From a virus (taxonomy: Duplodnaviria; Caudoviricetes): 54,801 nt of DNA. The DNA is taken from positions 1 through 54,801 of the IMG/VR virus record IMGVR_UViG_3300030101_000387; one strand, written 5' to 3'. Positions 1 to 9,700 of this stretch are shown here, piece by piece. How positions within the stretch are numbered: position 1 is the stretch's first letter; the number at the start of each line of letters is the position of its first letter. The translations under genes and the position numbers were made by a program. Under the pieces are notes generated by a model, which saw nothing but the letters and a program-made list of their open reading frames with translations, had not been told where the DNA came from and searched no databases.

Positions 1-99
1 CTGCAGAGCAGATCAACAAAGTTGAAAACTACCGTGATCCAGACTCATTTGCAGACATTGTACGTGGTATGCACCTATATGGTCGCAAAATCTTGCGCC
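1..99. repeat. 99-bp terminal overlap, identical to 54703-54801 (circular contig)
   Basis: CTGCAGAGCAGATC...AATCTTGCGCC occurs at both ends and lies inside the capsid ORF, typical of an assembler k-mer overlap. Confidence 0.97.
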
Positions 100-137
100 C
101 TCAAGCATTGGTGTCAGCCGTTTACAACGCTGCATAA
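1..137 (+). CDS. major capsid protein, C-terminal part (continues from 53775 across the junction)
   Basis: Frame from position 3 reads AEQINKVENYRDPDSFADIVRGMHLYGRKILRPQALVSAVYNAA* (TAA 135-137), in frame with the ORF starting at 53775. Confidence 0.92.
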   Translation, partial: AEQINKVENYRDPDSFADIVRGMHLYGRKILRPQALVSAVYNAA

Positions 138-153
138 TATTAAATATACTGTT

Positions 154-180
154 GGGCTGGCTTTGTTTATGGCTGGCCCT
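154..180 (+). terminator. possible hairpin/terminator after the capsid gene
   Basis: GGGCTGGCT-ttgtttat-GGCTGGCCC can pair using G-U pairs; only a weak U tract follows. Confidence 0.4.
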
Positions 181-208
181 TCAGCATATCTAACAGTAGG
201 ATAACTCT

Positions 209-934
209 ATGGCTACTTATGTTACATTAGTAAATGAATTACTAAGACGTTTAAACGAAGTTACGCTTGATACTGCAGGTGATGGCTTTGACTCTGTAAG
301 AAACGTACAAGCCTTAGCTAAAGACGCAGTTAATAGTAGCATTAGACTTATTCTACAGGACGGTCAGGAGTGGCCGTTTCTTAAAACAACCTTTACACAG
401 ACGCTTAGTGTAGGCACGAGACAGTACGACTTTCCTGCAGATTATTCTAGCACAGATTGGGATACATTCTATCTTAAAAAACTAGCTTCCGAAAACAACA
501 GTCCTATGCCATTAAGCACTATATCTTATGAGCAGTACATACAAAATGTGCGTCCATCAGATGACACAGGTGATCAAGTAAATGGAGATGGCCCTCCTGC
601 TATAGTGTATCAAACATTAGGTAATGCTTTTGGTGTCAGTCCTATACCTGATGCAGCTTATGAGATAGAGTACGTGTATTGGAAATTCCCTACGGACTTA
701 ACTGCTTTTAACGATGTAGCAATTATACCAGATCGTTTTAAACATGTAGTTATAGATGGTGCTATGATGTTTATGATGCGTTTCCGTAGCAATGAACAGA
801 GTGCTGCCATGCATCAGAATAATTTTGAAGACGGCATCAAGACAATGCGTAGAGTTACCTTTGATGATACTTTATTTGTACGTTCTACTGTTGTAGGTGA
901 TGCAAGAACAAGTTCCTTTACTAGCGGTATATAA
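209..934 (+). CDS. tail tubular protein A / head-tail adaptor
   Basis: 241 aa directly after the capsid gene; TYVTLVNELLRRLNE, EWPF and P..IP...F.HVVIDGA patterns typical of podovirus adaptors. Confidence 0.75.
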   Translation: MATYVTLVNELLRRLNEVTLDTAGDGFDSVRNVQALAKDAVNSSIRLILQDGQEWPFLKTTFTQTLSVGTRQYDFPADYSSTDWDTFYLKKLASENNSPMPLSTISYEQYIQNVRPSDDTGDQVNGDGPPAIVYQTLGNAFGVSPIPDAAYEIEYVYWKFPTDLTAFNDVAIIPDRFKHVVIDGAMMFMMRFRSNEQSAAMHQNNFEDGIKTMRRVTFDDTLFVRSTVVGDARTSSFTSGI

Positions 935-2472
935 TGGCTGATAATCTAGCTTCCTTTAAAGTCTTTTGTCAGGGAGGGCTTAACACTAGTAGGGATGTGC
1001 TTTCTCAAGGTGAGACACAGCCTGGATCAGCTATATCATTGCTTAACTATGAACCTGCTGTTACTGGTGGTTACAGAAAGATAAGTGGCTTTGCTAACAA
1101 CTACGGCACAGTTACAGGCACAGGAAGTGTGCTAGGTGTTTGTGTAGCTGATGGTATTAACGATGGCATACTAGCTTGTAGAAAACCATCATCAGGTAAT
1201 AACTACTTACATAAATGGAATAACTCTAGTTCAGCTTGGGATGCTGTAACTACTTCAGGTTCACCTACAATGGTAGGGGTAACTAAAGTTAGATTTTCTA
1301 GGTTTAACTTTGCTACACCAAAGGTTGTTCTAACTGATGGTATAAATCCTGCAGCCACATATGATGGTACAACCTATACGCAGATTACTCACTCTGATGC
1401 ACCAACAGACCCAAAGTTTTCTGCTATATTCCAAAATCATTTATTTTTAGCAGGTGATCCTGCACATCCGACTAAGATATTTTTTAGTGCTCCTCTCGCA
1501 GAAACAGACTTTGCTGCAAGTAATGGAGCAGGTGTAATAAATGTAGGTTTCCCTGTAGTTGCAATTAAATCATTTAGAAACGAACTGTTTATATTTGGCT
1601 CGACTAATATTAAGAAACTATCAGGTACTGCACTAGCTAATTTTGTATTACAAACTGTTACTGACGATCTTGGATGCCTCGCCACAGACAGTGTTATAGA
1701 AATTGGTGGTGACTTACTATTCTTATCTCAAGATGGCCTACGCCCTATATCAGGTACAGATAAGATTGGTGACGTTAATCTTGAAACAGTATCAAAAGAC
1801 ATCCAGTCTATCTTTACAGACATTGTATTTGATATTGACCTTGATGGCCTTAATGCTGTAGTAATTAGACAAAAGACACAATTTAGATACTTCTTTGCAG
1901 CAGCAGACTCTCAAGGTATTATTGGGGGTTTTAGACAAACGCCTAATGGACTACAGTTTGAATATAGCCAAATGCTAGGTATTACAGCCACTTGTGCAGC
2001 TAGTGGTTACATAGGACAAAACGAAATTGTTATACATGGTACTTCAACAGGTAAAGTACAGCAACAAGAAGTAGGTAACAATTTTGATGGAGATCCAATA
2101 CTAAGTGTGTTTCAAACACCTTTTTATCATATGCAAGACCCAGAGCAACGCAAGATATTTTATACTGTAGCGACTTATCTGAGATCAGAAGGTGACAACT
2201 CTATCGTTATGTCGGCTTTGTATGACTACGCAGATGTAGAAACACTAAATCCAACTAACTTTAATTTATCTACTGCAGGTGCTGCAGCTTTCTATAACGA
2301 AGCTACATATAATAGTACAGCAATTTACGATGGTAATCCATCACCAGTGCAACGCACTAATATATCAGGATCAGGTAAATCCGCATCTTTAAAATATGTA
2401 ACTAATGACACAAATGCATCACACAGTATTCAAGGTTTAGTGATTACGTTTGGAGTAGGAGACAGGTTGTAA
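934..2472 (+). CDS. tail tubular protein B / nozzle (P22 gp10-like)
   Basis: 512 aa beta-rich protein with GGLN N-terminus and GC...SV.EIGGDL.FLS.DG motif; follows the adaptor. Confidence 0.75.
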   Translation: MADNLASFKVFCQGGLNTSRDVLSQGETQPGSAISLLNYEPAVTGGYRKISGFANNYGTVTGTGSVLGVCVADGINDGILACRKPSSGNNYLHKWNNSSSAWDAVTTSGSPTMVGVTKVRFSRFNFATPKVVLTDGINPAATYDGTTYTQITHSDAPTDPKFSAIFQNHLFLAGDPAHPTKIFFSAPLAETDFAASNGAGVINVGFPVVAIKSFRNELFIFGSTNIKKLSGTALANFVLQTVTDDLGCLATDSVIEIGGDLLFLSQDGLRPISGTDKIGDVNLETVSKDIQSIFTDIVFDIDLDGLNAVVIRQKTQFRYFFAAADSQGIIGGFRQTPNGLQFEYSQMLGITATCAASGYIGQNEIVIHGTSTGKVQQQEVGNNFDGDPILSVFQTPFYHMQDPEQRKIFYTVATYLRSEGDNSIVMSALYDYADVETLNPTNFNLSTAGAAAFYNEATYNSTAIYDGNPSPVQRTNISGSGKSASLKYVTNDTNASHSIQGLVITFGVGDRL

Positions 2473-2473
2473 C

Positions 2474-4477
2474 ATGGCAGGTTATTCAAGACAATCAGCA
2501 GCAGATATTATCGCTAATGCGGTTATTAAAGCTGCACCAGTAAACGCAGAATATAATGCGATACGAGATGCATTTGCTTTAGCTACTGGACATAAACATG
2601 ATGGTAGTTCCACTGAAGGTGGATACGTACCTTTGATAGCTGACAGTGATGCCTTAAACAAAGTTGTAATAGACACAAGCAATAATCGAATAGGTTTCTT
2701 TAGTGAAGTAAGCGGTTCTGCAGTAGAGCAAGTACGTATACAAGATGGTGCTATTGTTCCTGTAACTGATGATGATATAGACATCGGTAGCTCTTCACTT
2801 AAATTTAAAGATCTTTATGTAGATGGTGTAGGTAATATAGACTCTGTAGTTGTAACAGGTGCTGCTACATTTTCTAACATAGACATTAATGGTGGTGCTA
2901 TAGACGGTGCAACAATAGGTGCAGCATCTGCAGGAGCAGCTACGTTTACTGATCTTACTGCTACAGGAACTACTACAGTAACTACAGCAGATGTAAACGG
3001 TGGTAACATTGATGGCACTATAATAGGTGCTTCTACAGCAGCAGCAGGTACATTCACTGCACTAACCGCTACAGGCACAACAACTGTAACAACTGCAGAT
3101 ATAAATGGCGGTAACATAGATGGTACAACTATTGGTGCTTCTAGTGCTGCAGCAGGTAGCTTTACAACTGTATCGACATCTGGACAAGCTACATTGGCAA
3201 GCGTTGATGTTAACGGTGGTAATATTGACGGCACTATTATCGGTGCGTCAAGTCCTGCTGCTATAACAGGTACAACTATTACAGCAAACTCTGGATTTGT
3301 AGGTAACTTACAGGGTAACATTACAGGTAATATAACTGGTAACATTACAGGTAACATTAGTGGTGATGTGACAGGTAACGTAACTGCAGGTTCTGGTACA
3401 TCTACATTTAACAATGTGACAGTCAATGGAACATTGGACGTTACAGGTACAACAATTGCTAACGTTACAGATCCTAGCAATGCACAAGATGCTGCCACAA
3501 AAAATTATGTTGATTCTGAAATATCTAGTTTAGTAGACTCAGCACCTGGAACTCTAAACACTCTAAACGAACTTGCTGCAGCATTAGGTGACGATGCAAG
3601 TTTTAGTACAACAGTTACAAATAGTATAGCTACTAAGCTACCACTTGCAGGTGGTACGATGTCTGGTGCTATCGCTATGGGTACAAACAAGATTACAGGT
3701 CTAGGTGATCCTACAGCTAACCAAGATGCAGCAACCAAGAAGTATACAACTGATACATTCTTACCGTTAGCAGGTGGTACACTCACAGGTGCAGTAGCAG
3801 CAGGTAGTAACAAGATTACTGCTAGTTATACTCCAAGTGCAGGTGCTGACCTTACAACAAAAACATATGTTGACGGTATTCTAAGTTCTGGTACTGCAGC
3901 AGCAACCTCTGCAACTGCAGCCGCTTCAAGTGCTACTGCTGCCGCAACAAGTGCAACTAATGCAGCAAGTAGTGCAACAGCAGCAGCTTCTAGCGCAACC
4001 TCTGCAGCAGCTAGTTTTGATTCGTTTGATGACAGATACCTTGGTGCTAAATCATCTGCGCCTTCTACAGACAACGATGGTGATGCTCTAGTTATCGGTG
4101 CTCTCTATTTTAATACTACTACAAACTCTATGCAGGTTTTTGGTAGCTCTGGTTTTACTGCAGCAGGTTCATCTGTAAACGGAACTTCATCAAGACAAAC
4201 TTATACAGCCACAAGTGGACAGACTACATTTAACATAACCTATGACGCAGGTTTTGTAGATGTTTATCTTAACGGTGTAAAATTATTAGCAGGTACAGAC
4301 TTTACTGCTACGTCAGGTACAGCAGTTGTACTTGCATCGGGTGCTACAGCAGGGGATATTTTAGACCTAGTAGCTTATGGTACATTTACGCTATCAACCC
4401 ATTATACAAAAACTGAAAGTGATGCTCGTTTTGCCCCAATAGACGATCCCATTGCTTTTGCTATTGCGTTAGGATAA
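2474..4477 (+). CDS. tail fibre protein
   Basis: 667 aa; GHKHDG N-terminal motif, DINGGNIDGT repeats, DAATKNYVD and LNTLNELAAALGDD fibre motifs, Ala/Ser/Thr tract, C-terminal AIALG. Confidence 0.85.
   Translation: MAGYSRQSAADIIANAVIKAAPVNAEYNAIRDAFALATGHKHDGSSTEGGYVPLIADSDALNKVVIDTSNNRIGFFSEVSGSAVEQVRIQDGAIVPVTDDDIDIGSSSLKFKDLYVDGVGNIDSVVVTGAATFSNIDINGGAIDGATIGAASAGAATFTDLTATGTTTVTTADVNGGNIDGTIIGASTAAAGTFTALTATGTTTVTTADINGGNIDGTTIGASSAAAGSFTTVSTSGQATLASVDVNGGNIDGTIIGASSPAAITGTTITANSGFVGNLQGNITGNITGNITGNISGDVTGNVTAGSGTSTFNNVTVNGTLDVTGTTIANVTDPSNAQDAATKNYVDSEISSLVDSAPGTLNTLNELAAALGDDASFSTTVTNSIATKLPLAGGTMSGAIAMGTNKITGLGDPTANQDAATKKYTTDTFLPLAGGTLTGAVAAGSNKITASYTPSAGADLTTKTYVDGILSSGTAAATSATAAASSATAAATSATNAASSATAAASSATSAAASFDSFDDRYLGAKSSAPSTDNDGDALVIGALYFNTTTNSMQVFGSSGFTAAGSSVNGTSSRQTYTATSGQTTFNITYDAGFVDVYLNGVKLLAGTDFTATSGTAVVLASGATAGDILDLVAYGTFTLSTHYTKTESDARFAPIDDPIAFAIALG
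2882..3385 (+). repeat. intragenic fibre repeats: four D(I/V)NGG(A/N)IDGxxIGA units, then 12-bp GN(I/V)T tandem repeats
   Basis: Visible in the translation; DNA ggtaacattaca/ggtaatataact/ggtaacattagt at about 3314-3385. Confidence 0.85.
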
Positions 4478-4487
4478 GGATTCAAAA

Positions 4488-4820
4488 ATGGCTAACACTT
4501 TTAAGAACGCAGTTAGTTCAGCAATAGGCACATCCCAGACAAGTGTTTATACTGTACCTTCTGCAACAACAACAACAGTTATAGGTATGACTGTTGCAAA
4601 CATACACTCATCTGCTATTACAGTGGATGTAGTAGTAACAGATAGCTCTGCTTCTGCTAGTGTATTTATAGTAAAGGCAGCTACTATTCCAGTAGGAGGA
4701 GCATTAGTTCCGATAGGCGGTGATCAAAAGGTAGTGCTAGAAACTACTGACATATTAAAGGTTACAAGTAATACAGCTTCAAGTGCAGACGTTATAGTCT
4801 CTGTACTAGAGCAGACGTAA
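4488..4820 (+). CDS. small virion structural protein (fibre connector)
   Basis: 110 aa MANTFKN...KVVLETTD.LKV...SADV.VS.LEQT, a pattern common in marine phage tail modules. Confidence 0.65.
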   Translation: MANTFKNAVSSAIGTSQTSVYTVPSATTTTVIGMTVANIHSSAITVDVVVTDSSASASVFIVKAATIPVGGALVPIGGDQKVVLETTDILKVTSNTASSADVIVSVLEQT

Positions 4821-4832
4821 GGGAGAGAATAG

Positions 4833-5957
4833 ATGCCATATATAGGAAATCAACCTACACCAGTAAATGTTGGTAGCGATAGTATCACAGATGGTTCTAT
4901 AGTTAATGCTGATATTAATTCAAGTGCAGCTATTGCTATAAGTAAACTTGACGGTGTTACATCAACTAACACAGAGTTAAACTTACTTGACGGTGTAACA
5001 GCTACAACTGCTGAATTAAATTTTGTTGATGGTGTTACTAGCAATGTACAAACTCAGATAGATGCTAAACAACCTTACGCAACAATTGCAGTTACTGTAG
5101 TTAACTCTGGTGGAAATAAGTATGCTCTTGACGGAACAATACAACAACTAGCTTTACTCACACCCTCAGTAACATACAGGTTTGATCAGTCAGATAGCAG
5201 CAACTCAGGACATCCACTACGACTAAGTACAACCTCAAACGGTACTCACGGTGGTGGTAGTGCATTTACTACAGGTGTAACAGCAGTAGGTACTCCAGGT
5301 TCTGCAGGAGCTTACACAGAAGTTAAATTAGAACAAGATGCTCCAGATACATTATATTACTATTGTACAAACCATAGCGGTATGGGTGGAGAGATTGACG
5401 TAAGAGCTACTGTTTCAAGTCTAAGTGATCTTAGCATAACTGCTACAGCATCTGAGTTAAATATTATGGATGGTGTTACGTCTACAGCAGCAGAGCTTAA
5501 TATACTAGACGGTGTAACTGCAACAACTGCTGAGTTAAACTACCTAGACATTGCAACACTAGGATTAACAGCAGCATCTAAAGCTGTAACTGCAGATGCT
5601 AATGGTGTTGTAAGTTTTGATAATGGTACAATAGAAGAGTCAACAACTATAACGTCAAGTTCAAATGCAGCTACAATTAATTTAAGAGATGGTAATGTAT
5701 TTGAGCATGACCTAACTGAAAACGTTACCTATACATTTAGTAACCCTGCAGCGTCAGGACGAGCTTCAGCATTTGTACTAAAAGTTATACAAGACTCTTC
5801 AGCCAGAACAATAACATGGCCTGGAAGTGTAGACTGGGCAGCAGCAACTGCACCTACTTTAACAGCAACAAACAATGGTGTAGACGTTTTTGGTTTTCTT
5901 ACAATTGATGGTGGAACTACATACTATGGGTTTACGTTAGGCCAAGCATTAGGATAA
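4833..5957 (+). CDS. tail fibre/adaptor protein 1 with cupredoxin-like insert
   Basis: TAAELN(I/L)LDGV repeats flank a domain with GHP...YYYCTNHSGMGG; C-terminal WPGSVDW...DGGTTYYG domain shared with 8486-9694. Confidence 0.75.
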   Translation: MPYIGNQPTPVNVGSDSITDGSIVNADINSSAAIAISKLDGVTSTNTELNLLDGVTATTAELNFVDGVTSNVQTQIDAKQPYATIAVTVVNSGGNKYALDGTIQQLALLTPSVTYRFDQSDSSNSGHPLRLSTTSNGTHGGGSAFTTGVTAVGTPGSAGAYTEVKLEQDAPDTLYYYCTNHSGMGGEIDVRATVSSLSDLSITATASELNIMDGVTSTAAELNILDGVTATTAELNYLDIATLGLTAASKAVTADANGVVSFDNGTIEESTTITSSSNAATINLRDGNVFEHDLTENVTYTFSNPAASGRASAFVLKVIQDSSARTITWPGSVDWAAATAPTLTATNNGVDVFGFLTIDGGTTYYGFTLGQALG

Positions 5958-5961
5958 TAAT

Positions 5962-7941
5962 ATGACAGCTTCTAAATTAGTTTTAAATGCAGCCTCTGGC
6001 GTAGGTGGCGGTGGTCTTGATGTAGATGATGTCTTTTCTGTAGATGTAAGATCAGGAACTGGGCATGGCAATGCTTGGTCTGTAAATAATGGTATTGATT
6101 TATCGGGTGAGGGGGGTCTAGTTTTTTACAAATCAAGAACACAAGCCCAAAATTGGATTGCTTTTGATACTGAGCGTGGAAAACCTTCTGGATATGATGG
6201 ACTAGCTCTTCTTTATCCAAACGCTACTAATTCTAACCAGAATTGGAGTTGGATTACTCAGTTTAATAATAATGGTTTTTCTGGTGACGGACAAGGTAGT
6301 AAAAATGACTCCAATAATGACTACGCCTCTTGGACATTTCGCAAAGCTAAAAAGTTTTTTGATGTTGTGACATATACGGGGGATGGATCTAATTATAGAA
6401 ACATAAGTCATAATTTAGGATCTGTTCCAGGACACGTTATGGTAAAGAAAACAAGCGGTGGTTCGGTAGCAGGTTGGATAAATTGGCATAGAACTTTTAG
6501 CGATTATCAATCTGTATTTTTAAATACAACTGAGGCAACTTACAGTGGTGGTAGTAATGGTGGGGTTTTTGGTCAAGCATCTGGTTTTACAAGCACACAG
6601 TTCCAGTTAGGTGGTCCAAATAACATAACTTATCATAATGAAAATGGCTCAACCTACGTGGCCTACTTATTTGCACACAACAATAATGACGGAGAATTTG
6701 GTCCAGATGGTGACCAAGATATTATTAAGTGTGGAAGTTATACTGGTGATGGAACAACTGATGGCTCTAATCAAGTTACTCTTGGGTTTGAACCTCAGTG
6801 GATTTTTTTAAAAAGATCTGACGGTAGTGGTTATTATTCTCAAGTAATTGACAGTATGAGAGGTATGGTATCGGGTGGCAATGATAAGATTTTATGGCCT
6901 AATGTTGATGCCGTAGAAAACGGCACTCTAAACAGTGTTGATGCAACCGCTACAGGTTTTAGCGTTAATGACTCAGGTAATTCAAATTTAAACGGCAGCA
7001 CTTGGATCTACATGGCAATACGCAGAGGCCCATTAGCTGTACCAGAAGATGCGACTAAGGTATTTAGTATAGATACTCAAGGCAGTAGTGCTCCTTATTT
7101 TGATAGCAATCATATTGTTGATACGGCTCTTGTAAGACCAGTGGGTTCTGGTGGTAGTGGGGGTGGTGGTGCTTTTATCTATGCACGACTGATGGGTGAA
7201 AAATATTTAAAAACAAGTGGTACAAACGCTGAAGCTAATGCAAGCGAAGCTGGCTTTGATTTTATGAATGGTCACATAGATCAAAATTGGGGTGGTACTA
7301 ATACTTACAGTTGGATGTGGAAGCGTGCACCCTCGTATTTCGACTGTGTTTGTTACAGCGGCACAGGAAGCGCAAGAACCCAGAGCCATAACTTAAACGC
7401 AGTTCCAGAAATGATGTGGGTACGTCCTCGTAATCTTGCCGAAAACTGGGCTGTCTATCATAAAGATGTTGGTGCTACTAAGTATCTTCAACTAAATACT
7501 ACTGCTGCTGAAGCAACAAGCTCTACTAGATGGAATGACACAACTCCTACCTCTAGTGTATTTTCACTTGGAGCAGATAATGAGGTAAATGCTAGTGGTG
7601 GCTACACCTACATAGCCTACCTTTTCGCTAGCGTAGCAGGTGTAAGTAAGGTGGGAAGCTATACTGGTGACGGAAATACAGGTAAACAAATAGACTGCGG
7701 TTTTTCTAGTGGTGCTAGGTTTATACTTATAAAAGCTTCAAGTGGCAGTGGTGGTTGGTTTGTTTGGGATAGTGTTCGTGGTATTGTTTCAGGCAATGAT
7801 CCATATTTACAATTAAATAATACAGATGCTGAAGTAACAGGTGGAGATAATGTAGATCCATATTCGGCAGGGTTTATAGTAAATGGCCCTGGTAACAATG
7901 CTTCAGGAGTTACATACATCTTCTACGCAATCGCAACATAA
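5962..7941 (+). CDS. putative receptor-binding/tail protein, paralogue 1
   Basis: 659 aa Gly/Ser/Trp-rich with internal FDVVTYTG, GSYTGDG and YIAYLFA repeats; paralogous to 9701-11620. Confidence 0.7.
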   Translation: MTASKLVLNAASGVGGGGLDVDDVFSVDVRSGTGHGNAWSVNNGIDLSGEGGLVFYKSRTQAQNWIAFDTERGKPSGYDGLALLYPNATNSNQNWSWITQFNNNGFSGDGQGSKNDSNNDYASWTFRKAKKFFDVVTYTGDGSNYRNISHNLGSVPGHVMVKKTSGGSVAGWINWHRTFSDYQSVFLNTTEATYSGGSNGGVFGQASGFTSTQFQLGGPNNITYHNENGSTYVAYLFAHNNNDGEFGPDGDQDIIKCGSYTGDGTTDGSNQVTLGFEPQWIFLKRSDGSGYYSQVIDSMRGMVSGGNDKILWPNVDAVENGTLNSVDATATGFSVNDSGNSNLNGSTWIYMAIRRGPLAVPEDATKVFSIDTQGSSAPYFDSNHIVDTALVRPVGSGGSGGGGAFIYARLMGEKYLKTSGTNAEANASEAGFDFMNGHIDQNWGGTNTYSWMWKRAPSYFDCVCYSGTGSARTQSHNLNAVPEMMWVRPRNLAENWAVYHKDVGATKYLQLNTTAAEATSSTRWNDTTPTSSVFSLGADNEVNASGGYTYIAYLFASVAGVSKVGSYTGDGNTGKQIDCGFSSGARFILIKASSGSGGWFVWDSVRGIVSGNDPYLQLNNTDAEVTGGDNVDPYSAGFIVNGPGNNASGVTYIFYAIAT

Positions 7942-7968
7942 TCAAACTCATTAGAAAGGATCAATCAG

Positions 7969-8466
7969 ATGGGTGAATATAGAAACAGAGAAACAGGCGA
8001 AGTTAAAACGCAAGGCGAATGGAGAGCAGTCTTTAAAAATATGTCTCTTCCGAAAGTGTGGAACAGTAATGTCTGTGACGCAATGAATATTGACCCAGTA
8101 CTAGCATCTCCTGCTGCTACAACCAGTGCATATCAAACAAGTGTGCGTGATGGTGTCGAGCAAGACAGCAAAGGCAACTGGGTTGAAAAGTACGTAGCTA
8201 AAGACATGTTTGCTGATACAACTGTAGATGGTAAAACAACTACAAAAGCAGAACATGAAAAAGCATACCAAGCAACACTGGATGCTAACGTTGCATCAGG
8301 TCATCGTAGTACACGTAACAGCAAACTAGCTGAGACAGACTGGACTGCTATGTCGGATGTTACTATGGCAGATGACATGAAGACCTACAGACAGGCTCTA
8401 CGTGATTTACCAACGCATAAGAATTGGCCTAACTTGGAAGATGCTGACTGGCCTACAAAGCCATAA
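7969..8466 (+). CDS. tail fibre assembly chaperone-like protein
   Basis: C-terminal RNSKLAETDW...YRQALRDLP...WPTKP motif of phage tail assembly chaperones. Confidence 0.8.
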   Translation: MGEYRNRETGEVKTQGEWRAVFKNMSLPKVWNSNVCDAMNIDPVLASPAATTSAYQTSVRDGVEQDSKGNWVEKYVAKDMFADTTVDGKTTTKAEHEKAYQATLDANVASGHRSTRNSKLAETDWTAMSDVTMADDMKTYRQALRDLPTHKNWPNLEDADWPTKP

Positions 8467-8485
8467 TAAATAGAGGATAGACAAC

Positions 8486-9694
8486 ATGGGTAAACCTAGA
8501 GATTTAGCAAACGTAGTTGCTACTGGAAATATACTTGCTGACGGTGCAGTAGCTCCTGCTGAATTGACAGGTGTTACGTCTACAGCAGCAGAGATAAACA
8601 TACTAGATGGAGTGACTGCAACTGCAGCAGAGTTGAACTTACTTGATGGTGTGACTGCTACCACTGCAGAGCTTAACCATGTAGACGGTGTTACATCTAA
8701 TGTGCAGACACAGATGGACACCAAAGCTCCTGTAGCTGATCCAACGTTTACTGGTACTGTTACTGGTCCTACTATTAACGCTTCTACAGCCTTACAGATA
8801 GGTGGTGTTGCTGTAACAGCTACGGCTGCAGAGTTAAACAAGATGGACGGTGTAACAGTCAGTGCATCTGATATAAACTCTGTAACAGCAAAAGCTCCTG
8901 CTGCATCTCCTACATTTACTGGCGATGTCACACTACCAGAAAGTATTATTCATACAGGAGATACTGATACCAAATTACAATTTAATGATAATGACTCGTT
9001 TAGGATCATTACAGGAGATGAAGAAAGATTTAAAGCCAACAATGGTGAAGTAATTATTAATGACAATAGTGTTGATATGGACTTTCGTGTTGAAAGCAAT
9101 GGCAATGCTAACATGCTATTCGTTGATGGTGGAAATGATCGTGTTGGCATTGGGACGTCAAATCCTGTTGCTCAATTTGCTGTAGGCGGTGCAGGTAGAC
9201 GAATTGAAATTGCAGGTACAGATGGTGTTATTAGGGGTTTTGACAGAAGCGCAAGTTGGGCAAATATAGGCTTCGAAGCAGCAGGTTATACTTTTGGTGT
9301 GAGTGGCTCAGAACGTATGAGTATAGACGCAAATGGTGATGCAAGTTTTGCAGAAGAACTTATAGCCAAATCATATAACGAAACATATGTAAGTTTATCT
9401 GCTGCTGCTACTGTTGATATTAACAACGAGACGGGTAACGTATTTGCTTTAACTACTAATCAAAATACAACGTTTACATTTAGTAACCCACCTGCTTCAG
9501 GTACAGCTTATGGCTTTACACTTAAACTTACATCAGGTGGATCACACACTATAACATATCCAAACTCTGTAGACTTTGCAGGTGGTACAGCCCCAGATGC
9601 TCCTGCATCAGGTGAGACTGACGTACTTGTATTTATTACAGTAGACGGTGGCACTAACTGGTACGGTGCTCTAGCAATTGACGCAGCAGGATAA
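8486..9694 (+). CDS. tail fibre/adaptor protein 2
   Basis: Same TAAELNxLDGV repeats and C-terminal domain as 4833-5957; central DFRVESNGNANMLFVDGGNDRVGIGT fibre module. Confidence 0.75.
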   Translation: MGKPRDLANVVATGNILADGAVAPAELTGVTSTAAEINILDGVTATAAELNLLDGVTATTAELNHVDGVTSNVQTQMDTKAPVADPTFTGTVTGPTINASTALQIGGVAVTATAAELNKMDGVTVSASDINSVTAKAPAASPTFTGDVTLPESIIHTGDTDTKLQFNDNDSFRIITGDEERFKANNGEVIINDNSVDMDFRVESNGNANMLFVDGGNDRVGIGTSNPVAQFAVGGAGRRIEIAGTDGVIRGFDRSASWANIGFEAAGYTFGVSGSERMSIDANGDASFAEELIAKSYNETYVSLSAAATVDINNETGNVFALTTNQNTTFTFSNPPASGTAYGFTLKLTSGGSHTITYPNSVDFAGGTAPDAPASGETDVLVFITVDGGTNWYGALAIDAAG

Positions 9695-9700
9695 TAACGA

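Noticed and set aside
1-99. Terminal repeat as a biological direct terminal repeat
   Set aside because: Exactly 99 bp and inside the capsid gene; best explained as assembly overlap
22-204. 60-aa ORF in the ORF track
   Set aside because: Out-of-frame shadow of the capsid C-terminus, which is in the frame starting at position 3 and ends at 137
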